This document shows positions 63,247 through 64,000 of a stretch of 64,000 nt of DNA, one piece after another. A program made the translations under genes and the position numbers. This DNA is from Octopus sinensis. Taxonomy: Eukaryota. Below the pieces are notes generated by a model, which saw only the letters and a program-made list of their open reading frames with translations, did not search any database and was not told where the DNA came from. How positions within the stretch are numbered: the stretch's first letter is position 1; the number at the start of each line of letters is the position of its first letter. The stretch is taken from the NCBI RefSeq assembly GCF_006345805.1, contig NW_021832997.1, positions 1 through 64,000 on the forward strand, given 5' to 3'.

Positions 63247-64000
63247 TTTATTATTATTATTATTATCGAGGTGGCGGCGGGCTGGGAGACGCGTTAGCAC
63301 GCCGGGCGAAATGCTTAGCGGTATTTTATCTGCCGTTACGTTCTGAGTTCAAATTCCGCCGAGGTCGACTTTGCCTTTCATCCCTTCGGAATCGATAAAA
63401 TAAGTACCAGTTACGCACTGGGGTCGATGTAATGTAATGGACCCAACTCATCCCCCAAAATGACTGCCAGCGTGGCAAAATTTGAAACCACTATTACATG
63501 TACCTATTTTTTAATTTTTGTATATATTTATTATTATTTTTTTGCAAAAAAACAATGTAATTTTCTTTTTTTCCCCTCCTCAATTATAAAAAAATTTTCT
63601 TTTCACCTTACAATTCTTGAAAAGTCGCATTGCGACGAAAACCGGTTAGAGTTAATATTAAAAACATTTTCCATACACCCATTTTCATTCTGCCTTTTTA
63701 TAATTTTTCCTTGCCTATATATATATATATATATATATAGCCTTCACCTTCGAAACGCAGAGTAGGTGAAATCATGGCGACTGAAGAAGGGTTTTTTCCT
63801 TGTGTTATTTGTCCTGTACTCTATTGTTTCGTTGTTTAAGAAAAATGTCCAGTTCCTTGGTTTTGTGTTTATGTTTTCGTTTCTCATTGAGTTCGACGTT
63901 TTTTTGGTGTCCTGTACCCATATATGCGTGTATATATACATGTAGAGGTAGGTACATATATGTATGTATATATGCATATGTTTTATTTATTGATTTATAT

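Overview
Repeat-rich eukaryotic DNA, most likely Octopus or a close coleoid cephalopod (inferred from the SINE families, the microsatellite load and the style of the C2H2 zinc-finger genes). Most ORFs in the supplied track are microsatellite or SINE artefacts. Supported content: (1) a spliced minus-strand gene (exons 46305-46356, 44206-44381, 39168-40259) whose splice phases join into an uninterrupted 439-aa ORF of unknown family, with a Cys/His N-terminal module and a MADS-like pattern; a decayed partial paralog lies at 24843-25784; (2) two decayed minus-strand C2H2 zinc-finger genes (33131-33869, 28693-29135); (3) a nested rearrangement: about 14.0-21.6 kb is an inverted copy of about 27.8-33.2 kb, and about 20.9-27.7 kb is directly repeated at about 34.6-43.6 kb; (4) many mobile elements: four SINE families, Tx1-, CR1-, RTE- and R4/Dong-type LINE fragments, Penelope-like remnants with hammerhead-ribozyme motifs, non-autonomous Helitrons, hAT-type and TA-flanked MITEs; (5) three tandem arrays built from retroelement pieces (127/131-bp dimer, 165-bp SINE tail, 29-bp minisatellite). 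No rRNA, true tRNA gene or CRISPR array is supported. Everything was read by eye, so repeat boundaries are approximate and family names need database confirmation.
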